From: Candidatus Woesearchaeota archaeon
GTDB taxonomy: Archaea; Nanobdellota; Nanobdellia; Woesearchaeales; JAIPIC01
Length of the DNA: 64,000 nucleotides
Direction of reading: 5' to 3'
Assembly (NCBI GenBank): GCA_021734865.1
Contig: JAIPIC010000001.1
Span: forward strand, 4,166 to 68,165
Shown here piece by piece: positions 9,244 through 23,200 of the stretch. Under the pieces are notes generated by a model. That model was not told where the DNA came from, made no database searches, and was given only the letters and a program-made list of their open reading frames with translations. The position numbers were made by a program, and so were the translations under genes. How positions within the stretch are numbered: position 1 is the stretch's first letter; each line of letters opens with the position of its first letter.

Positions 9244-10569
9244 ATGAATGATACATTTATGCCATATGATCCACCTGACTGTCCAGAATTGCTCAGGCAT
9301 GTAATAAATAGTTTCAGGTTCGATGGAAAATTTGATCCATATTCTGATAATACTATGAGACTTATAACACATTCTGCTGACTTGGCACACCAATTCCACA
9401 AGGGTCAGACAAGAATCACTGGAGGCCCATATACAACCCACCTTAAGGAGGTTCTGGGTGTCATTTTTGATTCATTGGATGAATATAATCAGAAAGCTAA
9501 CCATCATGTAAATCTTCCAGCACACGTAATAATTACTGCAATCCTGCACGACGGGGTAGAGGATGAAGAAGGCCTGAGTTTTTTGAACAAACAGCTAAAA
9601 GAAAATGGGAAAGGTCCAAAAATTGCAGCTTCCATAAAAGAAAGAATTGTGAATAGGAGAGCAGAAGTATTGGATACAAGGATATCAGAGCTATCTGATA
9701 TTGTCGAGCAGACAATCCCACATGAGAAACATCCTGTCTATGCAAATCTAATCAAGAACGTTAAAAATAGAGTCGACACACTGACAAGATATGAAGAGAA
9801 ATATCTTTTTCATGAATCGATGTACAAAATCTTTGATATATTACCAGACCGCCAAGATGATCTCACTTCATTGTTGGAAAGGGCTCTTGTCAAACTTAGT
9901 GATCGAGTCGCCAATCAAGAGGACAATCGTAAGAGATATGGTGAAACAACCGGTCAAGAATTGCAGACCTACCTAGAACAAAATGAGATGCTTATCCAGC
10001 GATATGGTAATATTGATCTATTAAGCAATCAGAGTCTGTCTTATGCCAAAGCGACTCATTCTATATGGAAATCAATTATCGTCCTGGATGCCATAGATAG
10101 AGGGTTGATGTCGAAATACAAGCATTTGATTGAAAATGATAATATTGAAAATGATAATAATCAGTACCATAAAGCGCTGCTCGGGATGATTGTTAATGTC
10201 AGACAGAGATTATGCAGGTCTGTCTCAAGACAAATAACATTCATTAAGACTCAAATTGGAGAAAATTATTTAACTCAAATTGACAAAAGTAATGCCTACA
10301 GTAGAGCATACGATTCTAAAGATTCATTTAAGCCCATGCTTCAGCGATGGCAGAAGTCAGATCAGTCCAAATCATATCTCAAGGATCTTGAAGCCAACCC
10401 AACTAAAAGTGATCAAACCTTTAGAGATATGATCAGTTTTCAGTCCCTTGTATCAACATATTACTTTAGGAAGGATTTTACATCTAAAATGACGGTAGAT
10501 GTGTACAGTTGTCTTGATAATCCTGCGAATATTCTAGTGTTACCAGCACCTAAACATCACAGAACTTAG
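9244..10569 (+). CDS. HD-domain phosphohydrolase, RelA/SpoT-type HD (small-alarmone-hydrolase-like) with a C-terminal domain of unknown function
   Basis: HKGQTRITGGPYTTHLKEVLGV...ITAILHDGVEDE matches the H...R..G.PY..H...V......AALLHDvvED signature of (p)ppGpp-hydrolase HD domains. There is no SD (leaderless-like), and a TATTTAAAG element lies about 35 nt upstream. Confidence 0.55.
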   Translation: MNDTFMPYDPPDCPELLRHVINSFRFDGKFDPYSDNTMRLITHSADLAHQFHKGQTRITGGPYTTHLKEVLGVIFDSLDEYNQKANHHVNLPAHVIITAILHDGVEDEEGLSFLNKQLKENGKGPKIAASIKERIVNRRAEVLDTRISELSDIVEQTIPHEKHPVYANLIKNVKNRVDTLTRYEEKYLFHESMYKIFDILPDRQDDLTSLLERALVKLSDRVANQEDNRKRYGETTGQELQTYLEQNEMLIQRYGNIDLLSNQSLSYAKATHSIWKSIIVLDAIDRGLMSKYKHLIENDNIENDNNQYHKALLGMIVNVRQRLCRSVSRQITFIKTQIGENYLTQIDKSNAYSRAYDSKDSFKPMLQRWQKSDQSKSYLKDLEANPTKSDQTFRDMISFQSLVSTYYFRKDFTSKMTVDVYSCLDNPANILVLPAPKHHRT

Positions 10570-10622
10570 AATACAGCTAGAACAAAAACTGTAAACAACA
10601 CAGGTCTTATTCCGTATTTGAT

Positions 10623-10650
10623 GACGTTTTGTAAAACGTCTTTGATTTTT
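10623..10650 (+). terminator. perfect palindrome GACGTTTTGTAAAACGTC followed by TTTGATTTTT
   Basis: Read directly from the sequence, about 55 nt after the HD-gene stop. Confidence 0.4.
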
Positions 10651-10986
10651 GGATTTGTCGGCATGATTTCATCATAACCGCCTCCATAATTCTCCCAACT
10701 GATGTACTAAAACATATTTTAATATATAAATGTTACTATTCTGTATACTAAGTTGATGGGCTTCTATTACACCCGTCCCTAGTTCCACTATCAATGGGCA
10801 TTCTAAGAATTTGGTGTTGTTTTTTTCAGACTGTAATTCTGAACTAATCTGGAAATAACAAATCTCAATTCCAAAACACATAAATACTAAATTAGTACTA
10901 ATTAATTAATTCATTAGTAATGCTTTAGATATAGGGATTTTACCGTCAATGTACACTATGGTATACTAAGCTATTCAATCAAAATA

Positions 10987-10994
10987 TTTATATA
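10987..10994 (+). promoter_or_regulatory. TTTATATA TATA-box-like element about 60 nt upstream of the AbrB-like ORF, flanked by three palindromic AGTACT sites (10895, 11001, 11022)
   Basis: Read directly from the sequence. A sigma70-like TTTACC-17-TATACT element also exists at about 10940-10968, so interpretation depends on the domain of life. Confidence 0.3.
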
Positions 10995-11053
10995 CCAATA
11001 GTACTTTTTTATCAATGTTTTAGTACTAAACAATTTTTTATCTTGGTGACTGA

Positions 11054-11227
11054 ATGGTTAGAGTTGTAGTAAATAATGGGCAATACAAACTTACGATCCC
11101 TAAGGATCTAGCTAATTCTAAAAGGTGGACCAAAGGAACCAAGCTTCGATTTGTAGAAGATCTCGACGGGCGAGTTTTCATTGTCGAACTCGAAGGAACA
11201 GAAAAGGTAAATGATGAACTGGAATAA
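11054..11227 (+). CDS. AbrB/MazE/SpoVT-family swapped-hairpin DNA-binding protein (57 aa). Not in the ORF track.
   Basis: Manual translation gives MVRVVVNNGQYKLTIPKDLANSKRWTKGTKLRFVEDLDGRVFIVELEGTEKVNDELE, which fits the looped-hinge-helix pattern (x-IPK-x-R...G..L.....DG.h.I). The stop at 11225-11227 overlaps the giant ORF start (11211) by 17 nt. Confidence 0.55.
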   Translation: MVRVVVNNGQYKLTIPKDLANSKRWTKGTKLRFVEDLDGRVFIVELEGTEKVNDELE

Positions 11228-14200
11228 TTCAGATATACAGGGAACTGGACCTAAGATAAGTCCAACTAGGGTGCTAGTATTTGCCATCTTAATAGGGGCC
11301 ATAATGCTTGCGGTATACTACTCTGGTCCAAGCCACATTGCCCGCTCACTGGAGATATCACCAGCATTCGACACTGAGAACAATAGGCTTATTGGTAATA
11401 TGCTACTTTCTGAGGGGGACTTTGATGCGGGCACACATATTCGAGTCACATTGGATAACAAGTCAGCTACGATGACCACTGGATTACTTAGGGAGCTTCT
11501 TTGGCCTAGCGCAGGATACGGATACGGTTATGGTTATTTAGATATGGCTCAATTGGACCTATCGATCTTCGATTTGAATGTGTCAGAATCAGGAATTTAC
11601 ACATTACTTGTGGAGATTCTTAAGGAAGGCAATGTTATGTTCAGTGTTTCATCTGAACTAAATATAACCCTTAACAAAGTACCAGCTTATACTGGAAATT
11701 TAAGCGTTATCAATCTTTACGTCAATGAGACCACAAGCATTGATGCTTCACTCATTTTCTGGGACCCAGACGATGACAACCTGACTTTTGGCTGTTTGGC
11801 TGGTCAGAATATCCAATGTCAGACAAGCACACCAAACTACTATGTAGAGATTGTACCTGAAGATAATTTTACTGGTTCATCATGGATAGTCTTCAGCGCA
11901 TCTGACGGGCTGAATACCAGCACTAGTCCAGAGATTAGGATAAATGTCCTTAATGCTCTTGAAGAGACTGATCAAGGTGAAGATATGCAGTATACAGCTA
12001 CTGTAGGTAAACCTGTTAAGTGGAAGAAACGGATCATTTCTGACGGATCTGATCTGAATGTGAACATTCCTCCTGAAGCAAAATCAATCAGAATAGTAGA
12101 TAAGACTGAGAAAATGAATCTGGAGGATGCTACACTTGTCACTGTAAGTAATGTCTCAATGGAACTTGATGAGCATGAAAATGTGGTTGAATATATCGAG
12201 ATCAAAAAGGAGATTGAATCTGGAAATAGGGCTGCAGATGAATCAGAAAAAAGCAATGAGGACGCAAGAATATCTGGTGATACCACCTCTGCAAGTGAAA
12301 TGGATAAAATAAGAGATAACAGTACTAAAACTAAAGAATTGCAACTGGAAGAACTTTCTAAAGAAATCAACATAAATATTAATGATGTTATCGAGGGGAT
12401 TGCTCCTTCTTCAGAGGAAGAGAATAAATCAAAAGAACTTGCTGTTGAAAACAATAAAACTTCACTAATAGATTTGTATTATGAGACTCCTGCACCAGAG
12501 ATGGATGAAGAAGTCATAGTAAATACGAGTGAAGTATTTAGGAAAGACGTCGTTGTGCATTCTAATGCTTCTCTGCATTATAACAATATCACTGCATTCA
12601 GTGATGTACCTGAAACAAACAGGTCAAAAGTCCGCTTATACTGGAAGATCAATGGTTCCAGAGTTGATGTAACAGATGACGAAAGATTCAATGTGAGGCT
12701 TACTGACACAAATAATAACCTGCTTATAGACCGGATTTACTGGACCGTACCGCAGCTTAGTGAACAGTTCTTTGAGATTTCACTTGATTTATTGGACTTA
12801 AGGATAGTGGATACAGCAGTTTCAAGCAACTGGACAGTTTTCTTTGAAACATCCGAGAGTTATGAGACACTTTATATTAAAAATCTTAACACAGAAGATA
12901 TTTCTTATAACTCCCTTTATGTTTGGACAGGTTCGACATGGAATCCAAAGGACCAGATTACTAACCCAAACGTAGGAAATAATTATACCTTGTCTACCCC
13001 ATGGAATGGCTCAGAATATACAAAGGGTAAGATAGTCTTTACAATTACAAATGTAGAGAATTATAGATTGAATTTCACATTTGGAACCTTGAGTACGATA
13101 GCTGAAAACTTTGATTACTATGAATATAGAATAAATCCAACAACACAGAAATTCAGTATGGATTTTAATAATCTGGAGTTTTATTATTATCTCTGCTCAT
13201 TCAATGAAAGTTACTGGGAGTGCAATCCTTCAGTTGGAGATTATGGATTTAATGGATTCAACAGAACACTAGACGGAAATGAATCTGAGCATTATCTTAG
13301 GCTTCCTAAGAATTCGTCTGTAATGAGCATGAATATAACTGTTGAGCCGCTGTGCAATACCTCCCTATTTTCGTACAGTTATGCTGGCAGTGTTGGAGAG
13401 ACCCATGTCACGTCTGCAGACATAAGTACAGATGATCTTGAAGAAATGCTTGTAAGTTCAGACACTCTGCTAAGAACGTATGATACATCAAAGATTAACA
13501 TATGGAATTTCACAAGCCCATACACGATAAATGATATTGTATCTTCAAATATTGATGTTGATTCTGCATTTGAAGAGATTATTGTTACCGCAGACCTTAA
13601 TCTATTTTTACTTAATGCATCTGGACAGCAAATATGGAATATCAGTGATGAAGTTGATTATACTTCTGCCACATCAGCTATTGTCAAGACAGTTATCAAT
13701 AGAACAAGATACGATCAAGAAAACGCTTCGGGTATTCATTGTATTGGATGCGACAACAATAATTATGAGGTTAGGTATTCTCTGCCTTACACTGTTTCAG
13801 ATCCAGTATCATCCATGTGCTTTATTGAAGCAGCATACAATTATCAGGGAACAACACAAGGCAACTTAAAATTCTTACTAAACAACACGGAAAGAACCGT
13901 CAATAAATACAATATATTCACTTCCAATATACTCAACTACAATAACTCTGATGGGGTCGCAGATAATTTTGAGTGTTTGGGATGTAATTACAGTATGCTT
14001 AGGCAGCAGTTCAACTTTGAGTTTGATCAACCTGTAGATGCAAATGATTGTTATATTCAGACTGGCATCAATTACGTCGGCTCTAACAACCCAAATATAT
14101 CTCTCGAGATTCAGGATGTGACATATGATATTGATGAATCAGTCATAACAACAGAGGATGAACAGAATTATTATAATTTTACAGGAGTGGGCCCTACAGT

Positions 14201-17200
14201 CTCAAGATGCATAGGTTGTCAGGATTCAAATACCAGAGTTATCCATAATATTGATTTTACCTTCGAGGACAAATCAGATAAGTTTTGCTATGTGCAGTCA
14301 CCATTAAATTACAGGAACAATAAAAATGGAAGCCTTTTCTTTGAATTAAACAATACCATTTACAATGTCGATACATCAGCAATAAGTCATACAAATGAAC
14401 AGAATTTCAACAGGACTGATAATATTGTTGACAGTATTATGTGTGTTGGATGTTCTGACTATACAGATTCTGCATTTACACTTAATTACAATATCTCAGA
14501 TCCAGTAAATGCAAACTCATGCTATATCGATGCATTGTTTAATTTTAAGGGGAACAATTCCGGAAACCTCACACTGGAGCTCAACTCAAATACATATGAT
14601 ATTGATGAAACAAAGATCACAGAAAGCAAAGTTATGGAGTACACATATGATAATTATCTTAATACATCTTCAGGCCAGATCGATTTCAACCAGTTAGGAT
14701 TCCTTGGTCTTGTGGAGTTCAGCCTTGAAGATATAACTTTCCCTGAACCTATGGCAGCCGGTGAATGTTATGTGAAGACTGCTCTTTGTTATAATGGTTC
14801 TAAGACAGGTCAACTACTTCTTTCATTCTCTTCTGGGGGTGAATATGAAATCAATAATACAGACATTGTGAAATGTGAAACTAAAGATAATTTTTCATGG
14901 ATAGAAACAGAAGTCCCATGCGCCAAGATTAACTCTTCCAGTACTGTGTCTATGTATTGTAATGATAGTTGCTCTGGTGCAAACTATTACAGAATGATGG
15001 TAGATAATAATACTGTTGCTCCTAATGCTGTTTATATTTCTGATGAGTGGTATTATCCAAATACGGACTTTAATTATACATATATGCTGCACATCTGGAC
15101 CAATGCTTCATATGTATCAAACTGGACCAGGACTGAAGTCAATTGTTCAGACGTAACACCAGGATTGAATGTCACGTTCAGTTGTTCAGATTGTACGGAT
15201 GATAATGCATTCTATTTAATGGCTGACCAAAACTCAAGTGGTAATTCACATTACAAAAAAAGCAGTACCTGGTATCCTGTCCTTTATGCGGACCATCTTG
15301 TGAGGTTTTATACAAATACTTCGCTACGATACGATTATATTGACACAGAAGTTGATTGTAATGATCTTAATTCTTCCACGAATGTTTCATACTTCTGTGT
15401 TGGTTGTACAAATGTGTCAAATTATCAGATCATGATGTCAAGTAGCAGTTCAGGGAACGCGTCTTTTTCAATCAATAATGGTACAACTGTATCCACAATA
15501 GATGAAGAGGATACTCTAACAAGGTTAAGGATCAATAACAGGCTTTTTGACTGGATTTATACTGAAGTGAATTGTTCCTTGATAGAGAATGCTGTAAATA
15601 TCACTTATGAGTGCGATGGATGTAATGATTCTAACAATTTCCACATCATGACTGATAGTAATTCTAATGGTAATTCGTTCATTTCCAGGTATAATGGTTC
15701 AGTATTTGCAAGTACTGCAAATGATATCATGAGTTTTATGTACTCAAACACGTCATTAAAGTATTCTCTTGTAAACACACCAGTTGGTTGTGACGACGTT
15801 GTTGCTGGAAACAATATCACATTCTTTTGTGAAGGATGCGATGATGATAATCACTATAATGTCTTGTCGGATAACGCTTCCAGAGGAAATACAACAGTAT
15901 CAATTGATGGGGGAAGTGAATGGACCTCAATTGAAAGTTCTGATCAGATGGTCAGTATTCTTGCATGGGAGAATAAAGGATATGATATTATTGTTGCTGA
16001 TGACACATATAATTATGTGAGGTCATTCAATTCCAGCGCAGATGGGTTATGGAATAAGAGCGTATTAGGCGACATATATGATCTAAGTGCAGCTGATATC
16101 AGTCCAGACTATGATGGTAATGAAATTCTGGTCGGAACAAGACTTAGAGCATATCTCCTGAACGCCAGTGGAGATGAAATCTGGCAGATGAGTGGGTGGA
16201 TTAAGAGTGTTGCTGCAGGAGAACTGGATAAAGGTGTTAGAGGTGTTGTTGGGAACAATAATGGAGAAATATATGAGTGTGACAGTATTGGCTGTACTCT
16301 TAAGTATTCATGGGGCACATCTATTAATAAGATTGGAATAGGGAATATCACAATTGACGATGGCAATGAGATCATTATCACAGGAGCAAATAAAAAAGTT
16401 CTTGTGCTGAACAATAGTTTTGGATATGTTTCAGAGCATACGATCGAATCAAATGTTTATGATATGCATATCGGAGATGTAAATCTTTTTAGCGGAGAGG
16501 AAACCGCTATAGTCGCACAGAATAATAATGTCGAACTGTTCAGTTTCCAACTACCTTATAACATTGGAATTGACGCAGGAAACACAGATGACGTTTTCAG
16601 TTACAATGGTTACTTAAGTTCCAAGACCATCATCAATGATGGAGAGTTAGTTAATGCTATTAATGCATATTTGGATACTTGTAATGATAAGTTATGTAAT
16701 GTTCCTTTCAATTTCACTGCTCAATCCCAGTCAAGATTCAACATAAGAGGTCTTTCGGTATCATTCAAGTACAATGCTTCAGGAGATGTGCAGTATGAGG
16801 ATAGTGCATGGAAATGGTCAAAAACAGATGATATTGATGTTGATGCAGAATATTACTATCTCGCAAGGAATTTCTCATATGGTCTGCCTGCTATTCCTAT
16901 ATATGTAAGAGAGATTACACCATTCACTGGGCTTGGTGATAATTTCACATTCAATCTTGATGTATGCAACAGTTCAGGTGCGTATGCTGATCTGGGTTAT
17001 ACATCACCAAACGGTATCAGTACTAATTGCGATAGGGATTACTTTATCAGCAACACTATACAAAGAGCAAATGATTATCTCTGGTTTAATAACAGCGCAA
17101 GAGAATCTCCTGTCATTGCAATGGTTTCAGAAGGGGACAATGGCAATAACCATGAATATACTGTCAAACTTGTCAGAAATACAGAATATATGCCAACGAT

Positions 17201-20200
17201 CTTTACTAATGTTACGTATGCTATTGCCATCAATGAGAGTAAATTCTTATCAGAAGTTGACCTTTTTGTTGATTGGTATGGAAACGGAACAATGTATAAT
17301 ATAACACCAGAAAATGCAAGTGCTAACTGTAATAGTTCATCATCTGATTATGAGATTAAACTTATTGATTCATATGAATTCTATGTATGCAAATATGATA
17401 ATGATATAAGTGGAATGAATGAATATTACAAATTCAAGCAGCCGCTGGTCAATACAACGGGAAATATTTTTGCGAATGCCACATACTATATCCATGGTCT
17501 GACCGCATCCGTTCCTCAGCTAAGCAATTTCATTGTCTCACCAAATGAATCACAATGGGGAGAATATATCAACTTCTCTGTAACTGTAACTGATGATGAT
17601 ATGACTAATGTCACCCTATTAGTATATGGTGATGAGTGGTCTGAAGTAGCAACATTAAACACATCTTTTGGAGGCGGTCAGCTTAGCTTCAATGTCTCGT
17701 CTAATAAAAGCTGGGTGGGAGACAGTGTAAATTATAAGTACAGTTTCTTTGATTATAACACTACAGACATTTTACATAATAATACCAATACTAGTGTACA
17801 GACCAATTTTGCTATACTTAAACACAATATTTCATACCAGACTGTAACAGAGAACTTGTCGGTGATAAATAGATATGAACCTAATCTAGATCATATTGTC
17901 ATCCAGATTAATGACTCAACAAATAATGGCCTTGTAACAGATGATGTTATATGTAAACTGTACTTTGATAACACTCTGAAGGACACGGATCTACCTAATT
18001 CATCAGCCCAATGTGCTTTCAATATTAATGGTCTTCTTCCTTCGATAGGTAACCACACTTGGCAAATCAGGATTGCAGACTCTCTCTATTATTATAACCA
18101 AAACAGTTCGGAATTCATTATTACAGTAGGTGATAATCTATCCGCCACTATCCTTCTTGATCCAATCAATGGTACAGAAGTTTTCAGGCACAATGATGCT
18201 ATTGGAACAAAAGAGATCAAGTGGAACGTGTCTGACATTGAATATATGGGTGGAGGAGAAGCTGACAATGCATTTATCAATATCAGTTGGAACGGAATAA
18301 CACAAAATTATACTGAAGTGAATGCTTCTGGTACAAACGGTTCATTCAATATTCCAGATGATTCGACACCGGGTATGACAAATGAGATGGTCATCAATCT
18401 GATCAAAGAAGATAACTGGAATTATACCAAAGTATTCTTTTATAATGTCTCCGGTGCTATCTACCCAATTATCGTAGAACCAGAAAATTATACTGTCGTT
18501 TCACAAGCAGGAGAGAACTCTACTGTGACACTTAAGATAAATGTCACAGATGACAATGGAAATTCTGTCGATGGTGTTGTTGTTGCATGGAATCTGCCAA
18601 ATGGAACATGTCTGAATGGAACTGGCAATGAATCAGACGGAATATACAATTGCAGTTTTGATCCGGATAATCTTGAACCCGGCAATTATTCTTGGAATGT
18701 AACTGTCTCAAAGAATAATTATGAAACTAGGACTTCAGAGTTAGGTTATATTACCTTATCAGGAACCGTATTTGAAGCAAATCTTAGTTTAAATCCAGAT
18801 ACTCCTGGACCTCTTTTCAGGTATGATAATGAAGTCTCTAATGCAACTCTTTACTGGAACATAAGCAGTATTTTATTCTCAGGAGATCCTCTGGATAATG
18901 TAACATATAATCTCTCATGGAGAAGAATTCCAAGTCAATGGAATCATACAATAGGATATTGGAAATTTAACAGAAATACGACTGATGATTCAGGCCCTCT
19001 AGGAAATGATGCTATGTTAGGTAATGGTACTTTAAGTGCACAGCCAATCTATAATGAGACTGGGTTTAGGGATGGTGGCTACAATTTTGATGGACTTGAT
19101 CAGTTTATAATGGTCAATGACACAGATGATTTCAATTGGAAAACTGGAGTCACGTTTTCAGCATGGATCAATACTTATCAATATGATAAGGCAGGGGGTT
19201 ATGGTCTTGTTCATAAACCAAACATGACATCTCTGCGTTGGATACGGGATGTAAATAAACCAAGCTTCATGGTTTACCTTGAGAATAAATGGATAAGTGT
19301 CAATGCGACTGTAAAGGTCGATAGATTCATGTGGACTCATCTAGCTGGAACTTACAATGCAAATGATCAGACCTTGAGGTTATATATCAACGGGGAACTT
19401 AACAATGTTGAACAGATTGCAGGTGTTACTGATTTTAATATAGCTCGGGTTAATGAGAGCTTATTCTTTGGTGCCACAAGAGAACGTCAGGATCTTCTTA
19501 ATGGTAGTCTTGATGAAATTAGGATTATAAACCGGACTTTGTCGGCTCGTGAAGTATACCATGAATACTTATTAGCGAATTATTCAGTGTTTAGCAGCGG
19601 CATCTGCAATTCAAGCGGCGCAAATGGAACTTTTGATATACCGGACTATGAATCTTTGGGAACTGACCATAATCTTTCTGTAATCCTGTCAAAAGAAGGA
19701 TATGGAAATACAGAATTCTCAAGACAATTCACAACATATGGGACATTTATCACTCAGACTATTGGACCGGATAATTATTCGACAGTCAATGCAACAGGCG
19801 GAGATAACATAAATCTTAGAGTTAACGTTAAGGATGACCTTGGAAATAATGTCAATGATTCAACTGTGACATTTAATACACCTCTTGGTGTATGTATCTA
19901 TGGGAATCTAAATGAGAATGGGGGATATTATAATTGCACTTACGATCCTCTGGATATTGTTACGGTTAATACCTATGAGTGGAATACAACCATCTCAAAA
20001 GAATACTTCAGGACAATCACTCCTTTAGGCGGTATTATCAATATCAATACAAGCTTAACGACAGTTGTAAACCTGACACCAGAATATCCTGGTCCAGCAT
20101 ACAGGCATAACAATTCTATATACAAAGACTTGTACTTTAACCTTAGTAGTATTTTAGATGCAAATGGCGCTGTTGACATTGTAAATATGTCAGTCTACTG

Positions 20201-23200
20201 GGACGGAGAATTGTATAATTCAAGTATTGTCAATTCATCAGGAATGGCAGGGAACATTTCTATTGATGATAACCTCAGCCTAGGCAACCACACATTTAGT
20301 GCAGTATTATCTAAAGATTATAGATATTTACTCAACTACAGCCGCAACATTCTCATATATGGGACTCTCAACATTACAGTTCTTTCGCCTGCAAATGGAT
20401 CAATAATGGCACAATCAGGAGAGAATGCCACAAGAGTGCTTAGGATTAGGGTCCAGAACATGCTTGGTGATAACATTACAGGCGCAAATGTAACATTCCA
20501 CACTGCTCCAGGCGAATGTGTAGGTGGTGTTCAGGAAGAAGCAGATGGGTTTTACAATTGTACCTTTGATCCTGATACTATTACACCAGGAAATTACACT
20601 TGGAACACTACTGTATTGAAAGAGTTTTATAATGACACAGTGTCAGACTCCAACCTTATTACTATTCTTGGAGGTAATATGAGTGCAAATGTGAATGTTA
20701 CTCCGGAATCACCTGGTCCGATATTCAGGAGTAATGAGAACTCAGAAAACATCACATTATCATACAATTTTACTAATATTACGTCAGCAGGCGATAATCT
20801 TACGGATGTCACTTACAATGTCACTTGGGATGGAGTAACTCTCCTAAGTGGAACCTGTGGTAGTGAAGGAATAAATGGTACTTACGATGTAGATTATGAT
20901 GAAGCTCTTGGTTCCCATACGTTCAAGATAGTACTTACTAAATCCAATTATGAGAACTTCACTTATTCACGAACTTATGATGTGTTTGGTAATATGTTCA
21001 TAAGTTTTGTTGGTCCAGCAAACGGGACAACAGTTAATGCAACTGGGGATGATACAGAGGTACTTATTGTCAATTTGACGAATGACCTAAATGAAACGAT
21101 GGATGGTTCGACCATTGTCTTCAATACTCCAGCTGGTATATGCCTTTACAATACACAGAATCCAGGTGATGGTTATTATAATTGCACTTATGATCCTAAT
21201 AATGTTATTGTACCAAGCAATTACACGTGGAATGCCACTGCGTCTGAATCTTATTATAGATCTGTAACTTCATCCAATAATGTTGTGACTATCATGTCCT
21301 TCATATCAAGCAATGTTGCAACCCTTCCTGTAGAATTTGATGAAGTGCATAGGTACAATGGTTCCGACTGGAGGAAGACCGTCGATTATAATGTTACCAA
21401 TATAATCAATAACATGGGTGCTGTTGATGTCAATTATTCTGTCATGTGGAATGGAACAATAATTGACTCTGGTAATACAACAGGGTATGGATTCAATTCC
21501 AGTTTTGATGTCGATGATGGTCTGGATACTGGCAACCAATCCCTAATACTCACTTTATCTCAGGACTTCCATCATTCTAAAACTTACAACATATCAATCA
21601 AGGTTGTTGATACGATATTCATTGACCTCTTGTCACCTGATAATGGGACTATCGTAATGCAGATTGCTCCAAATGATACTGTTGTGCTCAAGGTCAACAT
21701 CTCAGATCAGCATAATAATACTCTGGATGGTCTGAACGTTACTTTTAATCTTCCGTCAGGATCATGTATCGCTTCGGGCGATGAAGGAACAGGAGTATAC
21801 AATTGTACTTTTGATCCAGACGACATGGTTCCTGGGAATTACACTTGGAATGTGACTGTAACAGATCTGGACTATGAGACAACTAATTCATCAAGCAGAT
21901 ACTTACTTATTGGTGGTGGACAGCTAACTGCTGAGACATCCGTGACACCGGCTGCTAATAGTGTTGCATATAGGGATAATAGTTCGAATGTCAATAATGT
22001 ATCATACAGTATTTACGATATTAATACAACCTATGGAGAACTTGAAGATTACACATGCAGGATATTTTACAGTAGTATCCCTTACTCTGATTCTTTAGTA
22101 ATTTTCTTTGATTTTGATGAGAATTCCACTTATGATCTAACTGGAAGAGGCAACAATGCAACTCTTGGAAATGGTTCTGTTGAAACAATACCAGAGTATA
22201 ATATCAGTGGGAGGATTGGTGGAGCATATGATTTTGATGGTATTGACGATTACTTGAATATAAGTGACAATGATTTCCTCGACTTTGGAAATGATAGTGG
22301 TTTCTCAGTTGAGATGTGGTTAAAAGTCCATAGGAAAACTTCAGAGAACTGGTCCACAATATTTAGAAAAGGAGGATGGGGTGGTGACGGACAGAATGTA
22401 GGTTATAATATGTTCATCGAAAATGCTTCAGATAATCTTGTTTGGAGACTGAAGTTTGCTGACTCCTCTGATGCTGTAGTAATTAGTTATAATCTTTCAA
22501 GTGAGAATGTGTGGGATGACTGGATTCATGTTGTAGGCACTGTTCTTCGTGGAGAAAATATGAGCATTTATGTGAATGGTGCACTCAGAGACAGTATTGA
22601 CATCTCATCATATTCTAATATTAGCATTTCAAATAATGAGGATTTAATTATAGGTAAAGTCAGTGATTCTGCATATTATTATAACGGATCAATTGATCAA
22701 TTCAGATTATATAACAGATCACTGTCAAGTGAGGAAGTGTATCACAATTATTTAGTAGGAACCCAGATTGTAATCTTGTCCGAATCATGTGATATTAATG
22801 GTTCAAGCGGAGAATTTGACATACCGGACAATGAGACAATTGGTCAATATAATATCACAATAGATAGTTATGAGGACTTATATGATAATTTTTCATTTTC
22901 TCAGAATTACTCTGTTTACGGCAACCTTTTTGTCAACACGATAGAACCAGCAAATGGAAGCCAGGTCAGTAATACTGGTTCAAGTACAACTATTGGTCTT
23001 ATGGTCAATGTAACAGATGAATTGGGAATACTTATCAGAGATGCTTCAGTCAGATTCAATCTTCCATCTGGCTCATGTGTTGGAGCAATAATTAACAACC
23101 ATGACGGAACTTACAACTGCACTTATGATCCGGATATTGTCGTCCCCGCAAACTACTCGTGGTCTGCAAATGCATCAAGGATTTATTACAGCAGTGCTGT

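Noticed and set aside
10860-11050. Possible small RNA or tRNA in the AT-rich region upstream of the AbrB-like ORF and in 62824-63310
   Set aside because: No cloverleaf-compatible stems or conserved tRNA boxes were found. The regions are about 75-80% AT with promoter-like TATA elements and short palindromes, and are better read as regulatory DNA.
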